DNA from: Patescibacteria group bacterium
Lineage (GTDB): Bacteria; Patescibacteriota; Patescibacteriia; UM-FILTER-42-10
Direction of reading: 5' to 3'
DNA length: 64,000 bases
NCBI GenBank assembly: GCA_041664365.1
Contig: JBAYKW010000007.1
Location: forward strand, 434 to 64,433
Made by a program: the position numbers and the translations under genes. Shown here piece by piece: positions 17,062-26,849 of this stretch (its first letter is position 1; every line of letters begins with the position of its first letter). The notes beneath the pieces were generated by a model. That model had not been told where the DNA came from, did not search any database, and saw nothing but the letters and a program-made list of their open reading frames with translations.

Positions 17062-18453
17062 TTAAAATTCTTTATTAACTGTAGCACGATCAGAGTTATC
17101 AGTCATCCCGATATATACAAAATCACATTTCTTTCCGCTTTTCACTACTTCGTCTTGGTTTATCCATGGTAAGTATCCAGCTTCAATAATTTGCCTGGAA
17201 AATTCTTCTGGTGGTAATTTAATGCCAGGTAGATATACGCTTACCGATTCAAATCCATCTGCCATCGTTAATGCTCGATCCAACAATTTTTCATCTCGCA
17301 TCCTCTGTTCTGACAAGGCATGTATCGCTCCGATTGTTTTTACACCTGTTTTAATAATTATATCCTTTACCGCATCATAAGACACATCTTCAGCCTCCCA
17401 GTGTGCTTCTTTTTTAACATTATCAGGATATGGCTCGGACCATTCTTTGATAAATGAATAAACAATGCATCGATGCGCCCCAAGCTGTTGAATAATTTTT
17501 TTAATTTTTGGTAACGCATTTTTATGTTTACAATCCAAAATCAATACAACGTCCGGAGCTTTATCCAGCATTTTCACGGCTGTGTCTATATCAATGTTTT
17601 GGGGTAGAGGCAAATTATTTTTAACATAATACTCTTTTGGGTGCCCAACATATATTTTACCGGTTTGATCATCATATGCTATATCCAATTCGATGCTCGT
17701 ACCTTTACTGATCGCTTCTCGTATTGTATCTTCATGCACCTCCCGCATATGCCAATAGATATAAGGTCTGTTTATTTTTTTTGCTTTTTCAATCGGATGA
17801 ATATTTTCTATCGGCTTGCCGGTCAGAAGAGAAATTTTTTCTAAAACCTGTCCGGTAATTTCGTGCAGTATATCTTTATTTAATTCCTGATCATAATATG
17901 AATCAAAGGTCATCGGTTGTCCAAAATTTATTCTGATTTCATGTTTTCTGCAAAAAATTAATGACAATAACTTCACATCTTTATCGTTCGGACCAATATA
18001 GCCGACGGGGATTACCGGGCACTTCGCCCATAGTGCCAGACGAGCCACCCCTGTTCTCCCTCTGCCGATCGTATCATCATAGTGCCTGTGCCCCTCCGGG
18101 AATATTCCGACTATTCCTCCCTGTTTCAGATGATCCGACGCTATTTCCAAACAGCGCCCCGGGTTTTCTTTATCAACATAAATCATCCCAAACCACCGTT
18201 CTCCAACCAGACTACCAAAAAACTTTTTTAATTCTATTTTACTGATAAATCTTGGTTTGGTTCTGCTATGACGCCCCGTAATAAAAGCGATTAACAGCGG
18301 GTCCATAAAACTTACATGGTTGGCAGCAATGATGTATGGCCCCTTTGTCGGTATATTTTCTATGCCGGTAATTTTTTTTATCCGCAACATAATAATCGGC
18401 GTCAACAAAATCCGCGTTAAATGAAAAAATATCGTATCTTTCTGTCTTTCTAC
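17062..18453 (-). CDS. Fusion protein: lysophospholipid acyltransferase (PlsC) domain plus glycerophosphodiester phosphodiesterase-like (GDPD) domain
   Basis: NHVSFMDP (HX4D) and FPEGHR acyltransferase motifs N-terminal; HMRE...ENT-like...IELDIAYDDQTGKIYVGHP GDPD signature C-terminal; start taken at MVERQ (ATGA overlap with the upstream gene). Confidence 0.6.
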   Translation of the reverse strand, partial: VERQKDTIFFHLTRILLTPIIMLRIKKITGIENIPTKGPYIIAANHVSFMDPLLIAFITGRHSRTKPRFISKIELKKFFGSLVGERWFGMIYVDKENPGRCLEIASDHLKQGGIVGIFPEGHRHYDDTIGRGRTGVARLALWAKCPVIPVGYIGPNDKDVKLLSLIFCRKHEIRINFGQPMTFDSYYDQELNKDILHEITGQVLEKISLLTGKPIENIHPIEKAKKINRPYIYWHMREVHEDTIREAISKGTSIELDIAYDDQTGKIYVGHPKEYYVKNNLPLPQNIDIDTAVKMLDKAPDVVLILDCKHKNALPKIKKIIQQLGAHRCIVYSFIKEWSEPYPDNVKKEAHWEAEDVSYDAVKDIIIKTGVKTIGAIHALSEQRMRDEKLLDRALTMADGFESVSVYLPGIKLPPEEFSRQIIEAGYLPWINQDEVVKSGKKCDFVYIGMTDNSDRATVNKEF

Positions 18454-18992
18454 CATCGCTTGTTGATTTTTAAATAGTAACCGATATTGCGCACCAGAAT
18501 ATGCAAAACAAAAGTGAATACAATCAGCGCCAAAGAGCGTACCCAACCGACCGGCCAAATAATTGATACTAAAGCGATCGCCCCAACAGCAGCATCTATC
18601 TGGTCCCAGGGCATAAACTTTTTTCCCGGCGCAATACCCACCCGCCTTTTGATAAAACTTTTGACCATATCACCGAACAGTGCGCCGAACCCGATTAAGA
18701 AACCTACAAGCCATACCGAATATTGATCATAAGGAAATATGCTGATCTTTTCAAATGTTTCAAACTGCATCAACCATTTTTGAATCGCAACAATTATTAT
18801 ACTAATAGAAGTCCCACTGATTAGACCTCGCCAAGTTTTATGATCACCGAGCAGGTTTTTGCCGTCAAACCATTTAAAATTAAAATCAACCGGATGCGCC
18901 AGCCACTTCCAGTGTTCTTTCATCAAAACCGGCATCATATTAGCAAAAATGCCGGGCAACATAAAATATAAATAGGCTAAAAGAATCATCAA
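18450..18992 (-). CDS. CDP-archaeol synthase-like (CarS/DUF46) integral membrane protein
   Basis: 180 aa polytopic membrane protein; KTWRG motif; CarS-like proteins are recurrent in CPR genomes. Confidence 0.55.
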   Translation of the reverse strand: MMILLAYLYFMLPGIFANMMPVLMKEHWKWLAHPVDFNFKWFDGKNLLGDHKTWRGLISGTSISIIIVAIQKWLMQFETFEKISIFPYDQYSVWLVGFLIGFGALFGDMVKSFIKRRVGIAPGKKFMPWDQIDAAVGAIALVSIIWPVGWVRSLALIVFTFVLHILVRNIGYYLKINKRW

Positions 18993-19056
18993 TTATCGTT
19001 TTACATATGATAAATCAGGGTTATTTTACCATTTTATCGACCTTTTTAAAAGTATC

Positions 19057-19085
19057 TTGACGTGTCTTGGATAATACTCTAGTAT
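19057..19085 (+). promoter_or_regulatory. Putative sigma70 promoter (TTGACG, 17 bp spacer, TAGTAT) for island 3
   Basis: aTCTTGACGtgtcttggataatactcTAGTATgg. Confidence 0.35.
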
Positions 19086-19201
19086 GGTAATTACATTGAC
19101 AATTTGTTCAAGTTATCAAGAGTGATTCAGATCCCGCCTTTGCGGGAATACGCAGGACCGGCCTGCTAAAAACTGAATCCAGCAACCCTCTCCAAGGAGG
19201 A

Positions 19202-19237
19202 ATGGGTGCTAACTCCGGCCCAATGCGGGGAAGATGA
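19202..19237 (+). CDS. Candidate 11-aa leader peptide (MGANSGPMRGR) with a strong Shine-Dalgarno in the long 5'UTR
   Basis: AAGGAGGA 1 nt before the ATG; followed by a weak hairpin plus T5 at about 19257-19276. Confidence 0.2.
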   Translation: MGANSGPMRGR

Positions 19238-19305
19238 TAGAAGTCAGATGCTTTCCTTAGGGGAAGTTTTTGTTTTAACAAGTCACTCCAGCCGGGAGGA
19301 ACCCC

Positions 19306-19653
19306 ATGGCCAGCCCAACTAGCAATCAGGTTTTTCACGCACTGTGCGTCCGCGCCGAAGCATCCGGTCACCATTCACATGGACATCCGCTCTGTGTCCT
19401 GATTCAGGGACGCGAGGCGTTCCTCTGCGAACGTCACGACACTCCCGAAGGTTGGGTTACGCGGACAGTCTGCATTCCACCGGAGGATATCCTCAACTAC
19501 GTCGGCGAAGAAGACGCTGACGCAATTCGGTCGAAATTCCCGATCTTCTCCGATCAGTTCACCGTCAACGGTGACAACTACCCCCAGCCGGAAGGATTCG
19601 GGGCTCCCGTGAGAATCGAACCGAAACCGGAGCCTGCACCGCAGGCAAGCTAA
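19306..19653 (+). CDS. Hypothetical protein (115 aa), high-GC, His/Cys-rich N-terminus (HHSHGHPLC...C)
   Basis: Shine-Dalgarno GGGAGG before the ATG. Confidence 0.5.
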   Translation: MASPTSNQVFHALCVRAEASGHHSHGHPLCVLIQGREAFLCERHDTPEGWVTRTVCIPPEDILNYVGEEDADAIRSKFPIFSDQFTVNGDNYPQPEGFGAPVRIEPKPEPAPQAS

Positions 19654-19664
19654 GGAGCGAAACC

Positions 19665-19865
19665 ATGTCACTGCGCGACGGGCTCACACTTGCTGAGGCG
19701 ACCGTTCGCCAACAGCACCTGGACCAGGTACACCAGTCCAATTCTCTGACTGAAGACGAATGCGTCATTCGGAGAGTTATCGCTCAGTACGAAGCGGGCG
19801 AAGACACTCCGGCTACCCGGGTACTCTCCGACTGGATCGCCAGTCGCACGGCACAATCCACCTAA
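19665..19865 (+). CDS. Hypothetical small protein (66 aa), high-GC
   Basis: Shine-Dalgarno AAGGAG 8 nt before the ATG; 11 nt after the previous stop (operon-like). Confidence 0.45.
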   Translation: MSLRDGLTLAEATVRQQHLDQVHQSNSLTEDECVIRRVIAQYEAGEDTPATRVLSDWIASRTAQST

Positions 19866-19887
19866 TCGTTCATTCACCCAAATCGAA

Positions 19888-19921
19888 AGGACCATGGTTC
19901 CCCACGGCCCTTTTTTTTATT
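19888..19921 (+). terminator. Putative terminator (GGACCATGGTTCC palindrome region + T8)
   Basis: T8 run after GC-rich dyad; stem is imperfect. Confidence 0.35.
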
Positions 19922-19935
19922 TCTACCAATCGATC

Positions 19936-21951
19936 CTAGATTAACAAACCAACAATCAGCAGTGCTACTACATTGATCACTTTGATCATCGGGTTGATCG
20001 CCGGACCGGCCGTATCTTTATACGGATCGCCGACTGTGTCGCCGGTAACCGCCGCCTGATGCGCCGGAGAATTTTTTCCGCCGTAATGCCCGTCTTCAAT
20101 ATATTTCTTGGCATTGTCCCAAGCCGCTCCGCCCGCTGTCATTGATAGTGCGACAAAGACACCGGTAATGATTGAACCGATCAACATTCCGCCCAGCGCG
20201 TCGATCCCTAATAAAAATCCAACGGCAATTGGCGCAACAACCGGGATTGCTGCCGGAAATATCATTTCTTTCAATGCCGCCTTAGTTACAATATCAACTG
20301 CTTTGCCGTATTCCGGTTTGGCAGTACCTTCCATAATCCCCTTAATCTCACGAAACTGTCTGCGCACTTCTTCAACCACACTGGTTGCAGCCCGGCCAAC
20401 AGAGCGCATCGCGACTGAACCGAATAAATATGGTAGGGAACCGCCGATGAACAGACCGATCAGAACATTATGATTACTCAAAGCAAATTGAGCATCAATT
20501 CCTTTATCCATAATTTCCTGTACATATGATGCAAACAACACCATCGCAGCCAAGCCGGCTGAGGCGATTGCATACCCCTTTGTAACTGCTTTAGTTGTGT
20601 TGCCCACTGAATCCAGTGGATCAGTTACCGCTCTGACCGATTCCGGCATGTCGGACATCTCGGCAATTCCGCCGGCGTTATCAGTAATCGGGCCAAAGGA
20701 ATCGATGGCAACAATAATTCCTGTTAAAGAAAGCATCGCCATGGTTGCAATGGAAATTCCATAGAGACCAAGATCATAATCGCCAAGTAACATATAGCTG
20801 GCCAATATTCCGCCGACAATCACCAGTACCGGCAAGAAAGTTGATTCCATGCTGACTGATATTCCTGTAATAATATTTGTTCCGTGACCACCCTCTGATG
20901 ATTTGGCGATACTCTTAACCGGACGGTATTCTTTTGATGTGTAATATTCTGTAATCACTACAATTAACCCGGTAATCACTAATCCTATTAAACTGGCATA
21001 AAATATACTCATGGCATAAGGTTTGTCGCCAAATGCATTATCAGTCGCAAAGTAAAAAAGAACTGCCGCGACTAAACCGCTGACAATTATTCCTTTATAC
21101 AGCGCGCCCATGATGTTGGGTTTGTTATTGTTTAGCCGGACAAAGAAACTGCCGATCACCGAAGCGATAATCGCCAGTCCGCCCAGAATCAACGGGAACT
21201 CAACTGCTGTCTGTTGTAACACACTGTCACTTTTGAATATCAGTGAGCCCAGTAACATCGCGGCAATTGTTGAAACTGCATAAGTCTCAAATAGGTCCGC
21301 GGCCATACCGGCGCAGTCACCGACATTATCACCGACATTATCCGCGATCACGGCCGGGTTGCGTGGATCATCTTCCGGAATACCGGCTTCAACCTTACCC
21401 ACTAAATCCGCTCCGACATCCGCACCCTTGGTAAAGATACCACCACCTAAACGGGCAAACACAGAAATCAGTGATCCGCCCAGACCCAAACCAACCAGAG
21501 CTTTAAGATCTGAAGTAATAAAATAAAAACCGGCGACAGACAGTAACCCGAGGCCAACTACCATGAACCCCGTTACTGCACCACCTTGAAAAGCAATATC
21601 AAAAGCTTTCTTAATTCCGGATCTGGCCGCTTCCGCTGTTCGGACGTTGGTACGCACCGAAACATTCATTCCGATGTACCCGGCGAGTGCCGAACTGATT
21701 GCGCCAATCAGAAATCCGAATGCAGTCAGTTTACCTAGTGCGAGCCAAAGGATTACGAAAAGAATTGCGGCAACAATTGCGACTGTTCTATATTCCCGTT
21801 TAATAAAAGCGGCGGAACCCTCGCGGATAGCCTTAGCAATATCTTTCTGTTTGCCTTCACCCTCTGGTTTTTTCATTATCGAAATAATAAGGAAAATACC
21901 ATATGCAAGCGCGATCAGCGCTGCTACGATAGACCAATGCACAAGTCTCAT
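19936..21951 (-). CDS. hppA: Membrane-bound proton/sodium-translocating pyrophosphatase
   Basis: 671 aa; [23 protein letters not shown] motifs. Confidence 0.9.
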   Translation of the reverse strand: MRLVHWSIVAALIALAYGIFLIISIMKKPEGEGKQKDIAKAIREGSAAFIKREYRTVAIVAAILFVILWLALGKLTAFGFLIGAISSALAGYIGMNVSVRTNVRTAEAARSGIKKAFDIAFQGGAVTGFMVVGLGLLSVAGFYFITSDLKALVGLGLGGSLISVFARLGGGIFTKGADVGADLVGKVEAGIPEDDPRNPAVIADNVGDNVGDCAGMAADLFETYAVSTIAAMLLGSLIFKSDSVLQQTAVEFPLILGGLAIIASVIGSFFVRLNNNKPNIMGALYKGIIVSGLVAAVLFYFATDNAFGDKPYAMSIFYASLIGLVITGLIVVITEYYTSKEYRPVKSIAKSSEGGHGTNIITGISVSMESTFLPVLVIVGGILASYMLLGDYDLGLYGISIATMAMLSLTGIIVAIDSFGPITDNAGGIAEMSDMPESVRAVTDPLDSVGNTTKAVTKGYAIASAGLAAMVLFASYVQEIMDKGIDAQFALSNHNVLIGLFIGGSLPYLFGSVAMRSVGRAATSVVEEVRRQFREIKGIMEGTAKPEYGKAVDIVTKAALKEMIFPAAIPVVAPIAVGFLLGIDALGGMLIGSIITGVFVALSMTAGGAAWDNAKKYIEDGHYGGKNSPAHQAAVTGDTVGDPYKDTAGPAINPMIKVINVVALLIVGLLI

Positions 21952-22009
21952 TGCTTCACTCCTTGTTTATCTTCGGTCCGCAAATTAGCGGCATCGAAAT
22001 AGTTAATAA

Positions 22010-23314
22010 TTATTTGTCTTTTTTATCCTCTTTTTTTGCTGATGCTTTTTTCTTGGCTGTCTTTTTTTCTGGTTTATCTTCTGTTTCCTTTACTTCTTCT
22101 TTTCCTTCAACCTCATCATCAGATGATTCAGATTTTTCTTCTTTCGGTTTATCTTTTGCTTTATTCTTTTCTTCTACTGTTTCACCTTCTTTAATAATAT
22201 CTATCTTGAGGCCGGTTAGCTTGGCGGACAGGCGGACGTTCTGACCGCTTTTTCCGATTGCCAGAGATAGCTGATCTTCCTTCACTTCTGCGATCGCTCT
22301 CCCTTCCTTTTCATCCAGTTTGACGCTGATGACTTTCGCCGGTGATAGAGAATTGATAATAAACTTAATCGGATCCTCGTCATATTCGATAATATCAATT
22401 TTTTCTCCGCCGAGTTCCGCGATAATTGTCTGCACGCGGGTTCCGCGCTGGCCGACACACGAACCGACCGGATCAATATTTGACTCCTTTGACTGAACTG
22501 CTATTTTTGTCCGGGAACCGGCTTCTCGCGCTACTGCCTTTATCTCGATTGCGCCATTGGCAATTTCCGGCACTTCCATTGTAAACAGTTTCTTCACCAT
22601 TTCCGGATGAGATCTGGATACAACAATTTCCGGTCCTTTGGTGGTTTTGGTAACAGAGACAATATATACTTTAATTCTTTGACCAGAATTATAACGTTCC
22701 TGTTCAATCTGCTCCTGTGGAGGCATGACGGCTGTAGTCTGGCCGATATCAACTAAAACAACCCTTCCTTCAACCCTTTGGATAGTGGCATTGATGATTT
22801 CTCCTTCACGGTCTTTGTAATCACTGTACACAACATCCCGTTCCGCTTCGCGTAATTTCTGAATAATAACCTGCTTGGCAGTTTGCGCAGCCATTCTACC
22901 GTATGCTTCCGGCGGAAACATTTCGGTTCTGATTTCATCACCCAAAGAAACATCTTTTTTCAATTTCCTAGCCTCTGAAATCATAATGTCAGTTTTGGGG
23001 TTAAACAGTTCAACCCTCTCTTCTTCAGTTAATTCCCTTTTCTCTTCTTTGGCCTTTTCCCGCTTTTCTTTTTCTTCTTCCTTAGCCTTCTCAATTTCTT
23101 CTTCCGTCATATCCGCTACAACATGCTTTACATCAAAAATACGTGATGCGGCCGTTTCGATATTAAACTCCACTTTAATATTCTCGTCTTTTTCGCCAAA
23201 ATCTTTCCGGTAAGCCACGGCTAAAGCAGCCTCGATTGTCTCAATAACCGAACTCTCGGAAATATTTTTCTCGTCGCAAATTTGTTTGATCGCTTTTTGA
23301 ATTTCTGATGACAT
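22010..23314 (-). CDS. nusA: Transcription termination/antitermination factor NusA with Lys/Glu-rich C-terminal tail
   Basis: N-terminal domain, S1 and KH domains; acidic/basic low-complexity C-terminus. Confidence 0.85.
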   Translation of the reverse strand: MSSEIQKAIKQICDEKNISESSVIETIEAALAVAYRKDFGEKDENIKVEFNIETAASRIFDVKHVVADMTEEEIEKAKEEEKEKREKAKEEKRELTEEERVELFNPKTDIMISEARKLKKDVSLGDEIRTEMFPPEAYGRMAAQTAKQVIIQKLREAERDVVYSDYKDREGEIINATIQRVEGRVVLVDIGQTTAVMPPQEQIEQERYNSGQRIKVYIVSVTKTTKGPEIVVSRSHPEMVKKLFTMEVPEIANGAIEIKAVAREAGSRTKIAVQSKESNIDPVGSCVGQRGTRVQTIIAELGGEKIDIIEYDEDPIKFIINSLSPAKVISVKLDEKEGRAIAEVKEDQLSLAIGKSGQNVRLSAKLTGLKIDIIKEGETVEEKNKAKDKPKEEKSESSDDEVEGKEEVKETEDKPEKKTAKKKASAKKEDKKDK

Positions 23315-23412
23315 ATCTTTTATCCTTATCGTTAAACATAAATAAAACTAGTCTTCATAATGAACACTAGTCAACACCAGTATAACAAAGAGGCAAAATA
23401 ATGCAAGTCGAC

Positions 23413-23443
23413 AAATAAAAAAAGCTACCTTGGAAAGATAGCT
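23413..23443 (-). terminator. Terminator for prs (AGCTA...TAGCT + T8 on the minus strand)
   Basis: A8 on the plus strand precedes the hairpin. Confidence 0.5.
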
Positions 23444-24434
23444 AGCGCTGTTCGAAGCAGATTGCCGAGACGGAAGTCTCTGTGGTAATTGCCTCGATGG
23501 CGGGGGCAAAAACATCCGCGAATGAACAAACCTTGATATTCGAGCCGAAACCCGCCTTCATGCCGATAGGGATGGTGTCTCCCACAATCAGCGACTTCAG
23601 ACGAGACTGCCCGATCTTGCCGACAGCATCCCCGGAGAATACCGGATGTGCTGCGATCCCGTGAACAACCCTGGCACCGCTATCCAGCACGGCTTCCGCG
23701 GCACCGATCATCGTACCACCACCATCGACCATGTCATCCAGAATGATGCAGATGCACCCCTTCGGATCACCGTAGATCTCGTTGACCCGGGAATGTCCGT
23801 GTCCACTACGTTCCTTGTCGATGATCACGACACGATCTCCCGGGAAACGGTGTTTGCGGTAGTTACGGACCATTTTACCGCCATTGATATCCGAAGATAC
23901 CAGCGCAAACGGCGTATCCGGTCCGTATTCTTCCCGTTCACTCGCCACGATCCGCTTGATCTCCGGCACCATTACCGGATACATGTACAGGTGGTCACAA
24001 GGGATGTTGAAGAACCCTTGGATCTGCGCGGCGTGCAGTTCCGCCGTGACTACCCGGTTGGCACCGGCGGCAGCCAAAAGGTCCGCGACCAGTCTCGCGG
24101 TGATCGGCACCCTACCTTCCTTCTTGCGGTCCTGGCGCGCACAGCCGAAATACGGCATCACTGCCGTAACCGCGGCGGCCGAAGCTCGCTTGGCAGCATC
24201 AATCATCACGAGCAGCTGCATCAGATTGTCGGCGGGTGGCTGAGTGGACTGGATGATGAAGACGTGTCTTCCACGCACATTCGCATCCAGCTGAGCGAAA
24301 GGTTCTCCGTCAGCAAACGGAGTGGTTTTGGCCGGGCTCAGAGGAACGCCCAGTTTGGACGCAATCGCCTGAGCCAGCTCAGGGCACGATCCGCCGGAAA
24401 AAAGCACGATTCTGGAGAGATCCATTGTCGCCAC
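23442..24434 (-). CDS. prs: Ribose-phosphate pyrophosphokinase, high-GC
   Basis: 330 aa; PRPP-binding loop and full Prs architecture; composition far from flanking genes. Confidence 0.85.
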   Translation of the reverse strand: MATMDLSRIVLFSGGSCPELAQAIASKLGVPLSPAKTTPFADGEPFAQLDANVRGRHVFIIQSTQPPADNLMQLLVMIDAAKRASAAAVTAVMPYFGCARQDRKKEGRVPITARLVADLLAAAGANRVVTAELHAAQIQGFFNIPCDHLYMYPVMVPEIKRIVASEREEYGPDTPFALVSSDINGGKMVRNYRKHRFPGDRVVIIDKERSGHGHSRVNEIYGDPKGCICIILDDMVDGGGTMIGAAEAVLDSGARVVHGIAAHPVFSGDAVGKIGQSRLKSLIVGDTIPIGMKAGFGSNIKVCSFADVFAPAIEAITTETSVSAICFEQR

Positions 24435-24516
24435 CTCCTCACAGGCAAGTTACAGGGTCTTAGTTGTCAAAGGTTTATTACCTTAACATGCCTATTTGAA
24501 GAATTCAAGTAAATAA

Positions 24517-24547
24517 AACCACCCTACATTGTAGGGTGGTTTTATTA
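24517..24547 (-). terminator. Terminator ACCACCCTAC att GTAGGGTGGT + T-rich (for the surface protein gene)
   Basis: 10-bp stem; resembles the tig terminator. Confidence 0.5.
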
Positions 24548-24551
24548 CCTT

Positions 24552-25679
24552 CTATTTACTAGGAGGGGGAGGCGGCATATTATTACCACCTTCACTTTTT
24601 TCCGAATTCTCTTTATGTAGCAAGGTTTGTTGTCCCGAATGATCGGAAGGTTTATTTTCCAATCCGCCTAATTTCTCAAGTCCTTTGAGACCACCTTGGT
24701 CTCCTTTATCACCGCGACCGCGGAGATTTACTGCAATTATGATTACAATAATTGCCAGAATTACCCACCAAACTAATGCTGACTGATCACTATCAGAATT
24801 ACCATTCTCATCAGTTTCAGTGTTGGTGTTAGCATTGCTATCATTTTCATCCGAAGCTGTTGTTTCTTCATTATTCTCATCTGCAGTAATTTCTTGTTCT
24901 GCTTCAATTGAAGTAGCGACTGAAGCCTCACTTACGCCCATAACCTGGGGGTCAGTGTATTCTTCAGTTGACATATCGGGCGCCTTAACAAAAAACCCGA
25001 CGACATTTGAATAACTGCTTTCTTTGCTCTCGGCATTTACAGCTGTTACATACACCAGATGAGCTTTGTTTGGATCAAGATCGAGAAATGGTTGATAAGA
25101 AAAATTGGCAACGCCTGACTTATCATTTTCAACCATAAATTGTCCATTTAACTCTTTATCGATGAAAACTTTGATCAACGAATCATTCACAGCTAAGCCG
25201 GTAATAAACGGCTTTGTTGAAACTGTTTTATTGTTTACAACTAGTTGAAACAAAGTGGGGGCTGGAAACGGATCCTCTATTCTGAATAATGTCTCTTTTG
25301 ACATTAAACTTTTTAGATTGGATTCCTTTTCTATTGCCACCACAGAAACAGTATGTTCTCCGGATTTAAGCGATATAGACGGAACAAATGAAAAGCTTGC
25401 AGTCCCGCTTTTATCTTCTGAAACCTTCGCCATACCGTTTAACTGGCCATCGATAAATACTTCGACCTTGGTATCATTTTTTGTGAGGCCGGTAATCACC
25501 GGTTGCTCATAGATGGTGGAATCCTTCGCTTTAGGCCATATCAACGTTGGGGTTGAGACAGTCGAGCTGGCTGCCAGTAGACTCTGTGGAACAACCAACA
25601 GAGTGATGACACAGACAGACATAAAGATTCCGAAAACCTTGCTTAAAGAGGATTGCTTAAAATACTTTAACATATTCAT
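24552..25679 (-). CDS. Secreted and anchored surface protein with two tandem Ig-like repeats, acidic D/E/N-rich linker, C-terminal TM anchor and PPPPP tail
   Basis: Signal peptide; repeated P.ITGL..ND..V.VFID..LNG...V..DKSG.A.FS blocks. Confidence 0.6.
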   Translation of the reverse strand: MNMLKYFKQSSLSKVFGIFMSVCVITLLVVPQSLLAASSTVSTPTLIWPKAKDSTIYEQPVITGLTKNDTKVEVFIDGQLNGMAKVSEDKSGTASFSFVPSISLKSGEHTVSVVAIEKESNLKSLMSKETLFRIEDPFPAPTLFQLVVNNKTVSTKPFITGLAVNDSLIKVFIDKELNGQFMVENDKSGVANFSYQPFLDLDPNKAHLVYVTAVNAESKESSYSNVVGFFVKAPDMSTEEYTDPQVMGVSEASVATSIEAEQEITADENNEETTASDENDSNANTNTETDENGNSDSDQSALVWWVILAIIVIIIAVNLRGRGDKGDQGGLKGLEKLGGLENKPSDHSGQQTLLHKENSEKSEGGNNMPPPPPSK

Positions 25680-25765
25680 AATTTTTCCTCTTTTACTTTT
25701 TTAAGGGACACTTGTCTTATACAGACAGTGTTTCATCTTACTACAGCAATTCTAAAAGTGTCAAA

Positions 25766-26161
25766 TTAAAAAATATCAATCTCACGATTATTTACTTCCG
25801 AAATTCCAACTCCTTTAATATGTTTGATCAGGTGAGTAAAAAAATCCATACGAAACTGCACAACAATAACATCAATCCGATATTCTGACACTTCCGGGTA
25901 AGTTGCAAGAAAAACTTCAATTGTCTTAATTATTCTATTTATTTTAATATCAGTTATCGCTTCTTCCGGGGCACCGAACGAATTAGTGCAACGGCTCTTA
26001 ACCTCAATAAAGACGGTCTCACCCCCATCCTTGCCGATAATATCAATCTCCCCGAATCGGGAAGTATAGTGCCGATCAATAATAAAGTACCCGAGCCCCA
26101 TACAATACTCCACCGCAATATCTTCCCCAATTTTGCCGATATTTTGACGGTAATTCTGCAT
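25766..26161 (-). CDS. yraN: YraN family (UPF0102) endonuclease-like protein
   Basis: GEDIAVEY...GEIDIIGKDG...VFIEVKSR; start chosen at the internal MQNYRQ. Confidence 0.7.
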   Translation of the reverse strand: MQNYRQNIGKIGEDIAVEYCMGLGYFIIDRHYTSRFGEIDIIGKDGGETVFIEVKSRCTNSFGAPEEAITDIKINRIIKTIEVFLATYPEVSEYRIDVIVVQFRMDFFTHLIKHIKGVGISEVNNREIDIF

Positions 26162-26244
26162 AACAAAACGCCCTTTCAAGGCAGTGCGCTTTATAAAAAA
26201 GCGCCCTGCCAAGAGGGCGCCCAATAATCAATTTATTTATAGCA

Positions 26245-26802
26245 CTATTTCTTTATATATTCAAGTAAAAAATGATAGGGTCCGGTATCTAGTGTTTTTT
26301 CTAAACTATAGCCCAGTTTTTCCACAATTCCTTTGATTTCATCCTCTGAAACACGATCTTCTGTCTGTGGCCCGAATGGCGTGCTCATTTTTTTCCAGTC
26401 AACAATCACCAATTTACCACCCTTTTTTAGAAGACGGGTTGCTTCCGTAATAACCGCTTCGTGTTTTTTTGTCTGGAACAGCGTATTCACCAATAAGGCA
26501 AAATCTAGACTGCTCTCGCGGATTTTTGTCGCACCGAGAATTTCCAAATTAGACCAGACCATTCTAACGTTCGTCAGCCCTTCCAGCTTTACTTTCGTCC
26601 ACACGCTTTTCAAAACATTTTTCAGTACATCAACCGCGTATACCTGCCCTTTATCTCCAACCGCCTTTGCCGCCTGCAAAGTAAAATATCCCATACCTCC
26701 GCACCCCAAATCTCCCACCACGTCTCCATATCCAACACCGGCCTGATGAATAATCGCCTCCGGGTTTAACAATTCGTTTCCTCCCGCTGCTTTTCTTTCC
26801 AT
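26245..26802 (-). CDS. Class I SAM-dependent methyltransferase
   Basis: DLGCGGMGYF motif I. Confidence 0.7.
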   Translation of the reverse strand: MERKAAGGNELLNPEAIIHQAGVGYGDVVGDLGCGGMGYFTLQAAKAVGDKGQVYAVDVLKNVLKSVWTKVKLEGLTNVRMVWSNLEILGATKIRESSLDFALLVNTLFQTKKHEAVITEATRLLKKGGKLVIVDWKKMSTPFGPQTEDRVSEDEIKGIVEKLGYSLEKTLDTGPYHFLLEYIKK

Positions 26803-26849
26803 GTTCTTTGAGATTAGTGTCCTTTATTATTATACTTCATTTCTTGTTC

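Noticed and set aside
20108-20473. 121-aa ORF antisense within hppA
   Set aside because: Inside a highly conserved membrane pyrophosphatase gene; no ribosome-binding site.
23646-24512. 288-aa plus-strand ORF antisense to prs
   Set aside because: prs on the minus strand is unambiguous; the antisense ORF is a GC-richness artefact.
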